Positions 21,003 through 32,122 of a stretch of DNA of 64,000 nt are shown piece by piece. The notes below the pieces were generated by a model. That model did no database searches. It was not told the origin of the DNA and was given only the letters and a program-made list of their open reading frames with translations. The translations under genes were made by a program, and so were the position numbers. Each line of letters opens with the position of its first letter. The stretch's first letter is position 1. The DNA comes from Clostridia bacterium (GTDB taxonomy: Bacteria; Bacillota; Clostridia; UMGS1840): NCBI GenBank assembly GCA_017468465.1, contig JAFUIN010000014.1:3618-67617 (forward strand), in the 5' to 3' direction.

Positions 21003-23459
21003 ATGTTTGAAAAAAAGTTTACCGAAAAGGCAGCATCGGTTCTTCATTATGCAGAGAAGCTGGCAAAGGAGCTTTCGCAAAGTTATCTGGGCAGCGAACA
21101 CCTGCTTTATGGGTTGTTACGGGAAAAAAACGCCATCGCCTACAGAATTTTATTGTCCGGCGGATTATCAGAAGAAAAGATTTTGTCGAAAATTCAGGAA
21201 ATATACGGAACCAATGTTTCGGGCTATAACGGTAAGATCACATTTACGCCCAAAGCAAAGCAGGTGATCGAGTTAAGCTTCATTGAAGCAAAAGAAATGG
21301 GACATGGCTACATCGGTACCGAACATCTTTTGCTTGCGATTTTATCCTTGGAAGATTCGGTTGCAGGGCGGATTCTTGCTTCCTTGAAAGTGAATACCGA
21401 ACAATTAAAAAATGACATTTATGATATGGTTTCCGGCGGTATGCTGCCGCCAAAAATCGGAGAAAAACCAAAACATTCTGTTTATCCTCACCGTTTTAGC
21501 GGAGATACACCGGTTCTAAACAGCTGCACCAAAGATTTGACCAAGCTTTGCTATGAGGGAAAAATTGATCCGATGATTGGAAGACAAGAGGAGGTGGAGC
21601 GCATCATCCAGGTGCTTTGCCGGCGCACAAAGAACAATCCCTGTTTAATCGGAGAGCCGGGGGTTGGAAAAACTGCCATTATTGAGGGATTGGCACAAAA
21701 AATTGTAGATCGTGATATTCCGAATCTTTTGCGAAACAAACGGGTACTGTCGTTGGATATTTCTGCGGTATTGGCAGGCACAAAATATCGTGGAGAGTTT
21801 GAAGAACGCATTAAAAAAGCCATTGATGAAGCAAAAAAAGCAGAAAACATTATTTTGTTCATTGATGAAATTCATAATATTGTGGGAGCAGGTGCAGCAG
21901 AAGGTGCCATTGATGCGGCAAATATTCTGAAGCCCTCCTTAAGCCGTGGTGAAATTCGCCTGATTGGTGCAACTACTTTGGAGGAGTATCGCAAACACAT
22001 CGAACGGGATGCTGCCTTGGAAAGAAGGTTTCAACCTATTGTGGTAGCCGAACCAACCGTAGAGGAAACAGTCAAAATTTTAGAAGGCATTAAAGATAAG
22101 TTTGAAATGCATCATAATGTAAAAATTACGGAGGAAGCAATGCAAAGTGCAGCAGAGCTTTCCCATCGGTATTTGCGCGACCGCTTTTTGCCGGATAAAG
22201 CGATTGACTTAATTGACGAAGCTGCCTCCGGTGCCAGATTGCAGTTTCACACGATTCCGGAAAATATTCGGAAAACAGAAGAAACCTTGAAAGAGGTGTT
22301 AAGAGAAAAGGAAGAAGCAATTTCCACGCAAGACTATGAACGGGCTGCATTGATGCGACAGAAGGAGACAGCACTTGGAGAACGCTATCAACTGGAAATT
22401 GACAACTGGAAGGCCGAACATGCCAACTCCTGCCAAGTGGTAACCGAAGAAAACATTGCTGCTATTGTATCCAAATGGACAGGAATTCCGTTGGTTCGCC
22501 TACACGAAAGTGAACAGAAAAAGCTTTTACATTTAGAAGAAGAACTACACAAAAAAATTGTCGGTCAGGAGCATGCTGTCAAGGTGGTGTCCCAGGCAAT
22601 CCGACGTGGAAAAGCCGGTCTTTCCGATCCGGAAAAGCCGATGGGCTCCTTTTTGTTTTTAGGACCTACCGGTGTAGGAAAAACAGAGCTGTCAAAAGCC
22701 CTGTCGGAGCTGATTTATGAGAGTAAGGAAGCAATGATTCGGTTTGATATGTCGGAATTTATGGAAAAACACAGTGTGTCCAAGTTAATTGGTTCACCGC
22801 CGGGATATGTGGGCTATTCTGAAGGTGGACAGCTTACCGAAAAAGTGCGGCGCCATCCTTACAGTGTGGTTTTATTTGATGAAATTGAAAAAGCACATCC
22901 GGATGTATTTCATCTTTTTTTGCAGATTCTGGATGAAGGTGCTTTAACCGATGCCAACGGAAGAAAGGTGAATTTTAAGAACACGTTAATCATTATGACT
23001 GCAAATATCGGTGCCAACCTGATTACAGAAGATGCTGTTACGGTTGGTTTTCAAGGAAAAGAGGAGTCCTATGAAGAAAGTCAGCGTGAAATTACCAGAA
23101 AAGTAAAAAAAGAGCTGAAAAAGGTGTTTCAACCGGAGTTTTTGAATCGTGTGGATGAAGTCGTTGTTTTCCGCAGACTAACTAAAAAAGAAATGGAAAA
23201 AATTGTAGAAATTCTTTTGAATCAGCTAAAACACAGAATGGAAAAGCAAGGATATTTTATCACGTTTTCCGATGAAGTCATTCACAGACTTTCGAGCGTT
23301 GAAGAACAAAAAAATTATGGAGCACGTCCGCTCAAAAAAATGGTAAGACAACACGTGGAAGATTTTTTGGCAGAACATATTTTGTCGGGAAATCTGGTTT
23401 CGGGAGACCATGTAAAAATAATTTATAAAAATGATAAAATCTCTATGGAAAAAAATTGA
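21003..23459 (+). CDS. clpC: ATP-dependent Clp protease ATP-binding subunit ClpC (class I AAA+)
   Basis: Clp_N repeats. Walker A motifs GEPGVGKT and [11 protein letters not shown]-like linker ([13 protein letters not shown]). The ATG at 21003 gives the canonical [11 protein letters not shown]-terminus. The track start at 20889 overlaps spoVM. Confidence 0.93.
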   Translation: MFEKKFTEKAASVLHYAEKLAKELSQSYLGSEHLLYGLLREKNAIAYRILLSGGLSEEKILSKIQEIYGTNVSGYNGKITFTPKAKQVIELSFIEAKEMGHGYIGTEHLLLAILSLEDSVAGRILASLKVNTEQLKNDIYDMVSGGMLPPKIGEKPKHSVYPHRFSGDTPVLNSCTKDLTKLCYEGKIDPMIGRQEEVERIIQVLCRRTKNNPCLIGEPGVGKTAIIEGLAQKIVDRDIPNLLRNKRVLSLDISAVLAGTKYRGEFEERIKKAIDEAKKAENIILFIDEIHNIVGAGAAEGAIDAANILKPSLSRGEIRLIGATTLEEYRKHIERDAALERRFQPIVVAEPTVEETVKILEGIKDKFEMHHNVKITEEAMQSAAELSHRYLRDRFLPDKAIDLIDEAASGARLQFHTIPENIRKTEETLKEVLREKEEAISTQDYERAALMRQKETALGERYQLEIDNWKAEHANSCQVVTEENIAAIVSKWTGIPLVRLHESEQKKLLHLEEELHKKIVGQEHAVKVVSQAIRRGKAGLSDPEKPMGSFLFLGPTGVGKTELSKALSELIYESKEAMIRFDMSEFMEKHSVSKLIGSPPGYVGYSEGGQLTEKVRRHPYSVVLFDEIEKAHPDVFHLFLQILDEGALTDANGRKVNFKNTLIIMTANIGANLITEDAVTVGFQGKEESYEESQREITRKVKKELKKVFQPEFLNRVDEVVVFRRLTKKEMEKIVEILLNQLKHRMEKQGYFITFSDEVIHRLSSVEEQKNYGARPLKKMVRQHVEDFLAEHILSGNLVSGDHVKIIYKNDKISMEKN

Positions 23460-23543
23460 CAAACAAAGAAAAATGGTGTATGATATAAGAGGAAAAAATA
23501 TATACATTTTTTCGTAATTTCGTGCTCTTTAGGAGAAGATAAA

Positions 23544-24173
23544 ATGCAGGTAATAACAGTTGTGACCGGCTCAATCGAAGAAAATTGCCATATTGTTTAT
23601 GATGAGGAAAAAAACGCCATTGTCATTGATCCGGGTGATGATTTTGTTAACATCAAAAATGTCATTTTGAAACACAATCTTTCGGTTGCAAAGATCGTGC
23701 TTACTCACGGTCATTATGACCATGTGGGTGCGGTGAATCAACTAAAGGAGTTTAGTGGAGCCACTGTTTATGCGCATGAAAAAGAACGTGAGCTGATAAC
23801 AAATCCGGAGTTATCACTCAGCAGATATGTTGACCCCTTATTTCCCACACCGAAGGTAGATACCTTTGTGGCAGATGGAGACGTGATTTCAGCAGGAACA
23901 CTTTCTCTTCGTGTGATTCATACTCCCGGGCATACCGGAGGTAGTATGTGCCTTTATTCTGACGGAGTATTGTTTTCCGGAGATACCGTCTTTTACGGAA
24001 CCTTGGGCAGATGGGATTTTCCCACCGGAAACCTTTCTCAATTAACACGTTCTATAGTTGATATTCTATTTTCCTTGCCGGAGAATACTGTTATATACTC
24101 CGGTCACGGTCCGAACACAACAGTGAAAGATGAAAAAATGCACAACGAGGTTTACCGATGGTTATCAGTCTGA
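23544..24173 (+). CDS. MBL-fold metallo-hydrolase (glyoxalase II-like)
   Basis: LTHGHYDHVGA (HxHxDH) motif, TPGHTGGS. 209 aa. Confidence 0.8.
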   Translation: MQVITVVTGSIEENCHIVYDEEKNAIVIDPGDDFVNIKNVILKHNLSVAKIVLTHGHYDHVGAVNQLKEFSGATVYAHEKERELITNPELSLSRYVDPLFPTPKVDTFVADGDVISAGTLSLRVIHTPGHTGGSMCLYSDGVLFSGDTVFYGTLGRWDFPTGNLSQLTRSIVDILFSLPENTVIYSGHGPNTTVKDEKMHNEVYRWLSV

Positions 24174-25540
24174 AAAATGAAGTGGAACGTTATCGTTACG
24201 GAATTTATCATTTGCTGAAAATGATTTTTCCGTATGATGTGGTCGTTGTGAACGGAGAAAACAGCGACGTAGAGCTGTCTTATGCTGTTGGAAAATCGTC
24301 TGTAACTGTTTTTTTCGGTGAAAAAGTTCACGAAGAACCAATCATTCGTGACGATGTGCTGCTATCATTAAAGCGTGCGGTTTATCGGGTTACAGGGGCA
24401 ACGCTTCCGTTTGGTGTGTTGACGGGAGTGCGTCCTTCTCAAACTGCATTGAAATTTGACACCGACGTGGTGAAAAATTTGGAAGAGGTTTATTTGGTTT
24501 CTTCCCAAAAAGGCGAAATTATGGAACGGTGTGCCAAACGTGTGCGTGCTGTTCAAAACAGGTTATCAAAAAAACAAATTTCTCTATATATTCACATTCC
24601 GTTTTGTCCGTCCCGTTGTAAATACTGTTCGTTTACTTTGGCATATTTGAAACCCTACTCACAGCTGATTGACGGATATTTGGAAGCACTTTTAACAGAG
24701 CTTTCCGGAGTACTCCAAACAGTTTCTGAGTGCGATTTGCAGTTGGCTTCCGTGTATATCGGTGGTGGAACCCCTACAGTGCTGACTGAACAGCAGCTTC
24801 GGCGTTTGCTGGAAAAGCTTGCCGCTTTTCCTATGCCGAAGGAGTTTTCGGTGGAAGCCGGCAGAGCCGATACCGTAACCGAAGAAAAGCTTCGGCTGAT
24901 GAAAGAATACGGCGTCAGCCGTGTTAGCATCAATCCTCAAACCTTGAATCAAAAAACCTTGGAGCTAATCGGACGCCGGCATAGTGTGGAGGATTTTTAC
25001 CGTGCCTATGATTGGGCGAAAAAAATTGGATTCGATACGATCAATACCGATTTGATTGCAGGGCTTGGCGAAGAAACATATTCTGATTTTACGCATTCGT
25101 TAGACGGCATTCTTTCGCTTTCTCCGGAGCATATTACGGTACATACACTGTGTAACAAAAGAACCTCTGCTCTGGTAGAACAGGGTGATGTTCATAAGGC
25201 GGAAGAAGTCGGAAAAATGCTTCGTTACACATATGAAAAGCTGATGCCCCTTTATGAACCCTATTACATTTATCGTCAGAAGGAAGCAATTTCCTCCTTG
25301 GAAAATGTGGGATTTATGAAAAACAATCAGGAATGTATGTATAATATTTTTATGATGGAGGAGGCATCCTCTGTGATTGCGGTTGGTGCAGGCGGTACTT
25401 CCAAGTTAATTGATTTTACAGATAAAAAGCCTTTTGCCAAGCTGCGCACTGATAAACAGCCCGAGCGTTATATGAGAGATTTGGCATTAACGCTTCCCAA
25501 AAAGCAAGCGTTTATGATGGAAAACTGTCATAGAATTTAA
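24158..25540 (+). CDS. hemZ: HemN/HemZ-family radical SAM protein (oxygen-independent coproporphyrinogen dehydrogenase-like)
   Basis: YIHIPFCPSRCKYCSF radical-SAM motif and YIGGGTP. Length and N-terminal extension are typical of HemZ-like proteins. Confidence 0.75.
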   Translation: MVISLKNEVERYRYGIYHLLKMIFPYDVVVVNGENSDVELSYAVGKSSVTVFFGEKVHEEPIIRDDVLLSLKRAVYRVTGATLPFGVLTGVRPSQTALKFDTDVVKNLEEVYLVSSQKGEIMERCAKRVRAVQNRLSKKQISLYIHIPFCPSRCKYCSFTLAYLKPYSQLIDGYLEALLTELSGVLQTVSECDLQLASVYIGGGTPTVLTEQQLRRLLEKLAAFPMPKEFSVEAGRADTVTEEKLRLMKEYGVSRVSINPQTLNQKTLELIGRRHSVEDFYRAYDWAKKIGFDTINTDLIAGLGEETYSDFTHSLDGILSLSPEHITVHTLCNKRTSALVEQGDVHKAEEVGKMLRYTYEKLMPLYEPYYIYRQKEAISSLENVGFMKNNQECMYNIFMMEEASSVIAVGAGGTSKLIDFTDKKPFAKLRTDKQPERYMRDLALTLPKKQAFMMENCHRI

Positions 25541-25582
25541 GACAGGGTTTTGTGATTGAACAAATTCCATAGGAGGAATGGT

Positions 25583-26113
25583 ATGAATATTTGGCATGAT
25601 ATGAGTGAAAAACGTATCACTCCGGAAAAGTTTTCTGCTGTAATTGAAATTGAAAAAGGCGGAAAAAACAAATATGAGCTGGATAAGGAAACCGGACTTT
25701 TGAAGCTGGACCGTGTGCTTTACACCTCTACCCATTATCCTGCGAATTACGGATTTATTCCCCGTACCTATGCGCAGGACGGTGACCCTCTGGATGTATT
25801 GGTGCTTTGTACCGAAGGCATTATGCCCATGACAGTGGTAGAGTGTTATCCCATTGGTGTTATTAAAATGATTGATGACGGTGCGGTGGATGAGAAAATC
25901 ATTGCTGTTTGTGATAATGACCCTTATCATAATTCGTTTCGTGATGTTTCGGAACTGCCCAATCATTTATTTCACGAAATTAAGCATTTTTATGAAGTAT
26001 ACAAAATGCTGGAATATAAAGAAACTATCGTAAATATGGTGGAGGGAGCAGAGGAGGCAAGAAAAGTTATTGCTGATTGTATCAAAGCCTATAAACAAAA
26101 ATTTATAAAATAG
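25583..26113 (+). CDS. ppa: Inorganic pyrophosphatase, family I
   Basis: Motifs IEIEKGGKNKYELDKETG, YPANYGFIP, DGDPLDVLVL. The ATG at 25583 lies 6 nt after AGGAGG. Confidence 0.92.
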   Translation: MNIWHDMSEKRITPEKFSAVIEIEKGGKNKYELDKETGLLKLDRVLYTSTHYPANYGFIPRTYAQDGDPLDVLVLCTEGIMPMTVVECYPIGVIKMIDDGAVDEKIIAVCDNDPYHNSFRDVSELPNHLFHEIKHFYEVYKMLEYKETIVNMVEGAEEARKVIADCIKAYKQKFIK

Positions 26114-26140
26114 ACATCTTATGTATTAAAGGAGAACGAC

Positions 26141-27343
26141 ATGAAAAATTTATTGGTAGCACAGTCAGGTGGACCCACAGCGGCAATTAACTCCAGTCTT
26201 GCAGGAGTTATCAGCAAAGCGAAAGAGAGCAAAGAGATTGACAAAATTTACGGAGCCATTCATGGCGTGGAAGGTATTTTTAATGACAGAATAATTGAGC
26301 TTGACACTTTGAATTTGGATATCTTAAAACAGACACCGGCAGCATATCTCGGCTCTTGCCGTAACAAATTGCCCGATTATCAAACCAACGACGAGATTTA
26401 CCAACAGATTTTTTCTTATTTCAAAAGGTATCAAATCGGCTATTTTTTATACATTGGCGGAAATGACTCGATGGATACTGTTTGCAAGCTGTCCGATTAT
26501 GCAAAAGAGAATGAAATTGATGTAAAAATTATCGGTATTCCAAAAACCATTGATAATGACCTGGCAAATACCGACCATACTCCCGGCTTTGGGTCAGCGG
26601 CAAAATATGTTGCAACTACGATTGGCGAAATCACAAAGGACAGTCACGTTTATTTTTTGAATTCTGTTACCATTGTAGAAATTATGGGGCGTCATGCCGG
26701 TTGGCTGACAGCTGCAGCCGGTCTTGCCAGAAATGAACATCGCAGTGCACCGCAGCTGATATATCTGCCGGAAGTGAATTTTTCCAAGGAACAGTTTTTG
26801 AACGATATCAGAGAGCAGTTTCAAAATGGCATCAATAACATTATTGTTGCAGTTTCGGAGGGAATTCACGATGAAAACGGAGTATTACTTGGCGAAAGCG
26901 GAGTCAGTGCCACTGATTCTTTCGGTCACAAAATTTTAAGCGGTGTTGGCAAGGTTTTGGAGCAATTGGTCAAAGAAGAAATCGGCTGCAAAGTGAGAAG
27001 CATTGAGCTGAATGTATGCCAGCGCTGTGCAGGACATCTGCTTTCCAAAACCGATATTGAAGAAGCCTTTCTGATTGGTGAAAAAGGGGTAGAAGCAGCA
27101 CTTGCCGGAAAAACCGGTGAAATGATGGTGTACCAAAGAGTTTCTGACAATCCCTACCGCATTTGTGTAGACAGCGCTGACATTCACGGAAGTGCCAATA
27201 TAGAAAAATGCGTTCCAAAAGAATGGATTATAAACGGCAACGATATTACAGAAGAGCTTCTCTCTTATTTAAGACCTTTGATTTTAGGGCAGGTTTCTAT
27301 CCGGTTCCGTGATGACGGACTGCCCGAATATTTACATAGATAG
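26141..27343 (+). CDS. pfp: 6-phosphofructokinase of the long clostridial type, with signature residues suggesting PPi dependence
   Basis: Motifs QSGGPTAAINSSLAG, IGGNDS (Asp at the position equivalent to E. coli Gly104), IPKTIDNDL (Lys at the Gly124 position), MGRHAG. Confidence 0.8.
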   Translation: MKNLLVAQSGGPTAAINSSLAGVISKAKESKEIDKIYGAIHGVEGIFNDRIIELDTLNLDILKQTPAAYLGSCRNKLPDYQTNDEIYQQIFSYFKRYQIGYFLYIGGNDSMDTVCKLSDYAKENEIDVKIIGIPKTIDNDLANTDHTPGFGSAAKYVATTIGEITKDSHVYFLNSVTIVEIMGRHAGWLTAAAGLARNEHRSAPQLIYLPEVNFSKEQFLNDIREQFQNGINNIIVAVSEGIHDENGVLLGESGVSATDSFGHKILSGVGKVLEQLVKEEIGCKVRSIELNVCQRCAGHLLSKTDIEEAFLIGEKGVEAALAGKTGEMMVYQRVSDNPYRICVDSADIHGSANIEKCVPKEWIINGNDITEELLSYLRPLILGQVSIRFRDDGLPEYLHR

Positions 27344-27353
27344 GATTGTTTTT

Positions 27354-28085
27354 ATGTATCAGGATTTTTCATTCTACTATGACCGGTTTGCTTATGATAT
27401 TGACTATCAGAGGTTTTATCGGTACTACAAAAAAATATTTGAACGGTTTTCCTGTAATCCCAAGCTGGTCTTGGATATGTGCTGTGGTACCGGAACGCTT
27501 ACCACGCTAATGTCTAAAGATTATGATATGATTGGCGTAGATGCTTCCTGGGAAATGCTAAATGTGGCACGCGGAAAAGACGATAGCGGGAAAATCCTGT
27601 ATTTAAATCAGTCGATGACTGATTTTGAGCTGTATGGGACGGTAGATGCTTGCTATTCTTCCTTAGACAGCGTGAATTATCTTTTGGAAGATGGAGACTT
27701 AAAAAAACATTTTTCGCTGATGAAAAACTACTTAAATCCAAATGGTCTTTATATTTTTGATATTTCCACCATCTATAAATTCAGATACATATTAGGAAAC
27801 AAAACTTTTACCGATGAAACCGAAACCGATTTATTTATATGGCAAAACTGTTATGAAAATCGTCTTTTAACCATGGATTTAGACGTTTTTACCGAAACTG
27901 ATGACGGCACCTACGAAAGAATTTCGGAAACCCACTACGAAAGAGGTTACACCGTAGCAGAAATCAAGAAAGCTGCAGAACAATGCGGTTTCCATGTGGA
28001 AGCAGTGTTTGATGATTTAACCTTTCAGCCTGCTCATTCCAAGAGCAAACGTATCTTTTTTGTGATAAGGAGCATTGAAAAGTGA
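27354..28085 (+). CDS. Class I SAM-dependent methyltransferase
   Basis: VLDMCCGTG motif I followed by acidic motif II (IGVDAS). 243 aa. The substrate is unknown. Confidence 0.75.
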   Translation: MYQDFSFYYDRFAYDIDYQRFYRYYKKIFERFSCNPKLVLDMCCGTGTLTTLMSKDYDMIGVDASWEMLNVARGKDDSGKILYLNQSMTDFELYGTVDACYSSLDSVNYLLEDGDLKKHFSLMKNYLNPNGLYIFDISTIYKFRYILGNKTFTDETETDLFIWQNCYENRLLTMDLDVFTETDDGTYERISETHYERGYTVAEIKKAAEQCGFHVEAVFDDLTFQPAHSKSKRIFFVIRSIEK

Positions 28086-29482
28086 TTGAATTTATTAGTG
28101 ATGAATTGATCAATACGCAAAAAGAATATATGAAGAGCGTTCGTCTCATCAATCAGGACAAAAAAAGAACAGCAGTTGTGGTTACCTATGGCTGTGCACA
28201 GAATGAAACCGATTCCGATAAGCTGTATGCGATGCTTTTTGAAATGGGTTATCAAAAAGGAACAGACGAAAAAACTGCCGATTTGGTGATTTATAACACT
28301 TGCTCTGTGAGAGAAAATGCAGAAGTCAAAGTATATGGCAAGGTTGGCACCTTAAAAGCAAAAAAGAAAAAGAATCCTGACATGGTAATTGGTGTTTGCG
28401 GTTGCCTGATGCAACAGCCTCACGCCAGCGAACGCATTAAAAAGACTTTTCCGTTTGTAGATATGGTGTTTGGAACTCACGTGATTCACGAATTTCCAAA
28501 AATGCTTCATCAGGTTTTAACCCAGCGGGAGCGTGTTATTTCGGTAGATTCTGTGGATGGAGTGATTGCGGAGGGCGTTCCTGTTGTATACGATAAATGG
28601 TACAAAGCCTCCATTCCCATTATGTATGGATGCAACAACTTTTGTACATATTGTGTAGTGCCTTACACCCGTGGAAGAGAGCGGAGCCGTCATTCTAGGG
28701 ATATCTTGACAGAAATCAACACCTTGGTGCAGGGTGGCTTAAAAGAAGTGACACTTTTAGGGCAGAATGTAAATTCCTACGGCAAGGATTTGGAAAACGA
28801 TATGGATTTTGCCGATTTGCTTTCTGCAATTTGCGAGATACCGGAAATCAAGCGGGTTCGTTTTGTGACTTCTCACCCCAAGGATTTAACCGATAAGCTA
28901 ATCGGAGTGATGAAAGAGCATAAGAAAATCTGCAATAGTTTGCATTTGCCATTTCAGGCAGGGAATAATCGCGTATTAAAGGAAATGAACCGAAGATACA
29001 CTCGTGAGGATTATCTTAATCTGGTCAGAAAAATACGGGATGCGGTTCCCGATATTGCTTTGACTTCCGATGTTATTGTTGGGTTTCCCGGTGAGACAGA
29101 AGAAGAATTTTACGATACCTTATCGCTTATCAAAGAAGTTCGGTTTGATAATCTTTTCACCTTTATTTATTCCCCCAGAAAAGGAACCAAAGCAGCATTG
29201 ATGGACGACCCCAGAACCTATGAAGAAAAACTCAAAAACTTTAATGAGCTGTTGGAAGTTCAAACCGAGATTTGCCGGGAAGCAAACGAGGCATATCTTA
29301 ATAATACCTATGAAATCATCGACGAAGGCTTAAGCAAAAATAATCCCCAAATGCGGCAGGGAAGAACCACTACCAATAAGGTGATAAACTACAAGCAGAA
29401 TGCTGCTGTCAGTGAGGGCGATTTTGTTACGGTCAGAGTAACCGAAGTAATGTCCTGGTCTCTGGTGGGAGAACAGGTCTGA
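28082..29482 (+). CDS. miaB: tRNA-2-methylthio-N6-dimethylallyladenosine synthase
   Basis: UPF0004 N-domain (TYGCAQNE...NTCSVRE), radical SAM CNNFCTYCVVP, and a C-terminal TRAM domain. GTG start with a 4-nt overlap. The exact start is uncertain. Confidence 0.9.
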   Translation: MIEFISDELINTQKEYMKSVRLINQDKKRTAVVVTYGCAQNETDSDKLYAMLFEMGYQKGTDEKTADLVIYNTCSVRENAEVKVYGKVGTLKAKKKKNPDMVIGVCGCLMQQPHASERIKKTFPFVDMVFGTHVIHEFPKMLHQVLTQRERVISVDSVDGVIAEGVPVVYDKWYKASIPIMYGCNNFCTYCVVPYTRGRERSRHSRDILTEINTLVQGGLKEVTLLGQNVNSYGKDLENDMDFADLLSAICEIPEIKRVRFVTSHPKDLTDKLIGVMKEHKKICNSLHLPFQAGNNRVLKEMNRRYTREDYLNLVRKIRDAVPDIALTSDVIVGFPGETEEEFYDTLSLIKEVRFDNLFTFIYSPRKGTKAALMDDPRTYEEKLKNFNELLEVQTEICREANEAYLNNTYEIIDEGLSKNNPQMRQGRTTTNKVINYKQNAAVSEGDFVTVRVTEVMSWSLVGEQV

Positions 29483-29491
29483 TAGAACAGG

Positions 29492-32110
29492 ATGGATAAA
29501 ACAATGCAGATAGAAAAATTATCCCCGATGATGCAGCAGTATTTTCAAATCAAAAAGGATTATGAAGATACTTTGCTGTTTTTCCGGTTGGGCGATTTTT
29601 ATGAAATGTTTTTCTCCGATGCAATCACAGCATCCCGTGAGCTTGAAATTACTTTAACGGGCAGAGATTGCGGACAGGAGGAACGGGCGCCTATGTGCGG
29701 CGTTCCTTATCACAGTGCAGAAACATATATTTCCAAGCTGATCAAAAAAGGCTATAAGGTTGCCATTTGTGAACAGGTTACCGATCCCAAGGCAGCCAAA
29801 GGCATTGTGGAGCGTGCTGTGGTTCGTATTATTACACCGGGCACCTTTTCCGACACCAATGCTCTGGATGAAAAATCCAATCATTATCTGGCATCGGTAT
29901 ATGTTACCAAGGAGGGAGCCGGAGTTGCGTTTTCCGATATCACCACGGGGGATGTCAGTGCAACCCAGTTTACCGAGGGCGAATTTTTGACTCATCTGAT
30001 TAGTGAGCTGGTCAAATATGCTCCGGCAGAAATTCTGGTGAATTCCGGTGCATTGATACATAAGCAGATGGTGTCCTCTGTGAAAGAACGCATTGACACC
30101 CGCTTTGAAATCGTGGATGATTCGTTTTATACGTATTCCAACATAGAAGAAACGGTTACCGGCAGATTTGACGCATTTCGTGAAAAACGAGATGTGTTCT
30201 TAAAAAAAGAATATTCCTATTTTGCACTGGCGGCTTGTCTTTATTATATTGATAAAACTCAAAAAACCGAGCTTCGCCATATTACAGAGTTTGATTATTA
30301 CGATTCCAAAAGCTTTTTGGAAATCGATGACTGTGCGAAGCGGAATTTAGAGCTTACCGAAACCATGCGGGATAAAAAGAGAAGTGGTTCCTTATTTGGC
30401 ATTTTAGATGAAACAAAAACTTCAATGGGTGCTCGTATGTTAAAGCGGATGATTGAACGGCCTTTGGTAAACCGCACTGAAATTGAACGTCGTCTGGATG
30501 CAGTGGAAGAGTTGATTTCCTCCAGAATGGAAACCGATTCTATCCGTTCACTTTTGAAAGAAATTCGCGATATTGAGCGTCTTTTGTCTAAAATTTCCTT
30601 AAAAACAGTCAACGGGCGGGACTTGCTGGCGTTAAGAGATTCTTTTCGTGTGCTTCCTGACTTGAAGGCTGTGCTTTCGGGATATCACTCCTCCTTGTTA
30701 AAGCAGCTGACAGCAGAATGGGACACGCTGGCAGATATTTTTTCCGAAATTGATGCCGCTATTTCCGACGATGCTCCGCTTACCATTCGTGAGGGAGACA
30801 TTATCAAAAAAGGCTATCATGAAGAAATTGATAAAATCCGTTCGATGAAGAAAAACAGTAAGGCTGTTCTTCTGGAATTGGAAAACAGAGAACGGGAAAA
30901 AACCGGAATTTCTAAATTAAAAACAGGCTATAACAAAGTTTTTGGATATTACATTGAAGTCACCAAGTCCTATCAGGATTTAGTGCCTGATTACTTCATC
31001 AGAAAGCAAACACTGGCGAATTGCGAACGATATATTACGCAGGAACTAAAAGAAATCGAAGAAGTTCTGCTAAGTGCGGAAGATCGTTTGACAGAATTGG
31101 AATATGAAGTGTTTTGTCAAATTCGGGAAATGGTTTTTAACCAGTCGGAGCGTATTAAGAAAGCGGCAGAACGCATCAGTTATTTAGATGTTTTGTGTTC
31201 GTTCTACGAATCGGCTATGAAAAATAACTATTCCAAGCCGGAGTTCAATTCGCAGAATCAGATTGAAATTTTGGACGGCAGACATCCGGTGGTGGAAGCT
31301 GCCAGAAAAGACATTTTATTTGTTGCAAATGATACCAAGCTAACCGAAAAGCTTCATTTCGCCGTGATTACCGGTCCGAATATGGCGGGAAAGTCCACCT
31401 ATATGCGACAGGTTGCCCTGATTTGCATTATGGCGCAAATGGGCTCCTTTGTTCCGGCAAAATATGCGTCGCTTACTGTTTTGGACAAGGTGTTTACCCG
31501 CGTTGGTGCTTCGGATGATCTGGCAATGGGGCAGTCTACCTTTATGGTGGAAATGAATGAGGTTTCCAACATCTTAAAAAATGCCACCTCAAAGAGCTTG
31601 ATTATTCTGGATGAAATCGGGCGGGGAACCAGTACCTATGACGGCTTATCCATTGCCTGGGCTGTGGTGGAATATATTTGCAATAAAATTGGTGCAAAAA
31701 CCCTGTTTGCCACACATTATCACGAGCTGACACAGTTGGAAGATAAGATGGACTGTGTAAAAAATTATTGTGTGGCAGTGAAAAAACGAGGCGACGATAT
31801 TACTTTTCTTCGTCGCATTATTGAAGGCGGTGCCGATGACAGCTACGGTGTGGAAGTTGCCAAGCTTGCCGGCATTCCCAATAAAGTCATTAAGCGTGCA
31901 CAAGAGTTGGTAAAGGATTTGGAAGGAGAAAAGCATTCTTTGAAAAAAGAAAGCTACTTGCCTCAAACAGAAGATGACAACCAATCCTTTGAATCTATTT
32001 TATCCACCAATTTGGTGGCAGAACTTAAAAAGATTGATGTCACAACCTTAACCCCTCTGGAAGCACTCAATTATCTGAACAACATTGTAAACGAAGCAAA
32101 AAAAATATAG
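29492..32110 (+). CDS. mutS: DNA mismatch repair protein MutS
   Basis: Motifs PMMQQYFQIK, GDFYEMF, Walker A GPNMAGKST, STFMVEM, DEIGRGTSTYDG. Confidence 0.95.
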   Translation: MDKTMQIEKLSPMMQQYFQIKKDYEDTLLFFRLGDFYEMFFSDAITASRELEITLTGRDCGQEERAPMCGVPYHSAETYISKLIKKGYKVAICEQVTDPKAAKGIVERAVVRIITPGTFSDTNALDEKSNHYLASVYVTKEGAGVAFSDITTGDVSATQFTEGEFLTHLISELVKYAPAEILVNSGALIHKQMVSSVKERIDTRFEIVDDSFYTYSNIEETVTGRFDAFREKRDVFLKKEYSYFALAACLYYIDKTQKTELRHITEFDYYDSKSFLEIDDCAKRNLELTETMRDKKRSGSLFGILDETKTSMGARMLKRMIERPLVNRTEIERRLDAVEELISSRMETDSIRSLLKEIRDIERLLSKISLKTVNGRDLLALRDSFRVLPDLKAVLSGYHSSLLKQLTAEWDTLADIFSEIDAAISDDAPLTIREGDIIKKGYHEEIDKIRSMKKNSKAVLLELENREREKTGISKLKTGYNKVFGYYIEVTKSYQDLVPDYFIRKQTLANCERYITQELKEIEEVLLSAEDRLTELEYEVFCQIREMVFNQSERIKKAAERISYLDVLCSFYESAMKNNYSKPEFNSQNQIEILDGRHPVVEAARKDILFVANDTKLTEKLHFAVITGPNMAGKSTYMRQVALICIMAQMGSFVPAKYASLTVLDKVFTRVGASDDLAMGQSTFMVEMNEVSNILKNATSKSLIILDEIGRGTSTYDGLSIAWAVVEYICNKIGAKTLFATHYHELTQLEDKMDCVKNYCVAVKKRGDDITFLRRIIEGGADDSYGVEVAKLAGIPNKVIKRAQELVKDLEGEKHSLKKESYLPQTEDDNQSFESILSTNLVAELKKIDVTTLTPLEALNYLNNIVNEAKKI

Positions 32111-32122
32111 CAGGAGAACCAT

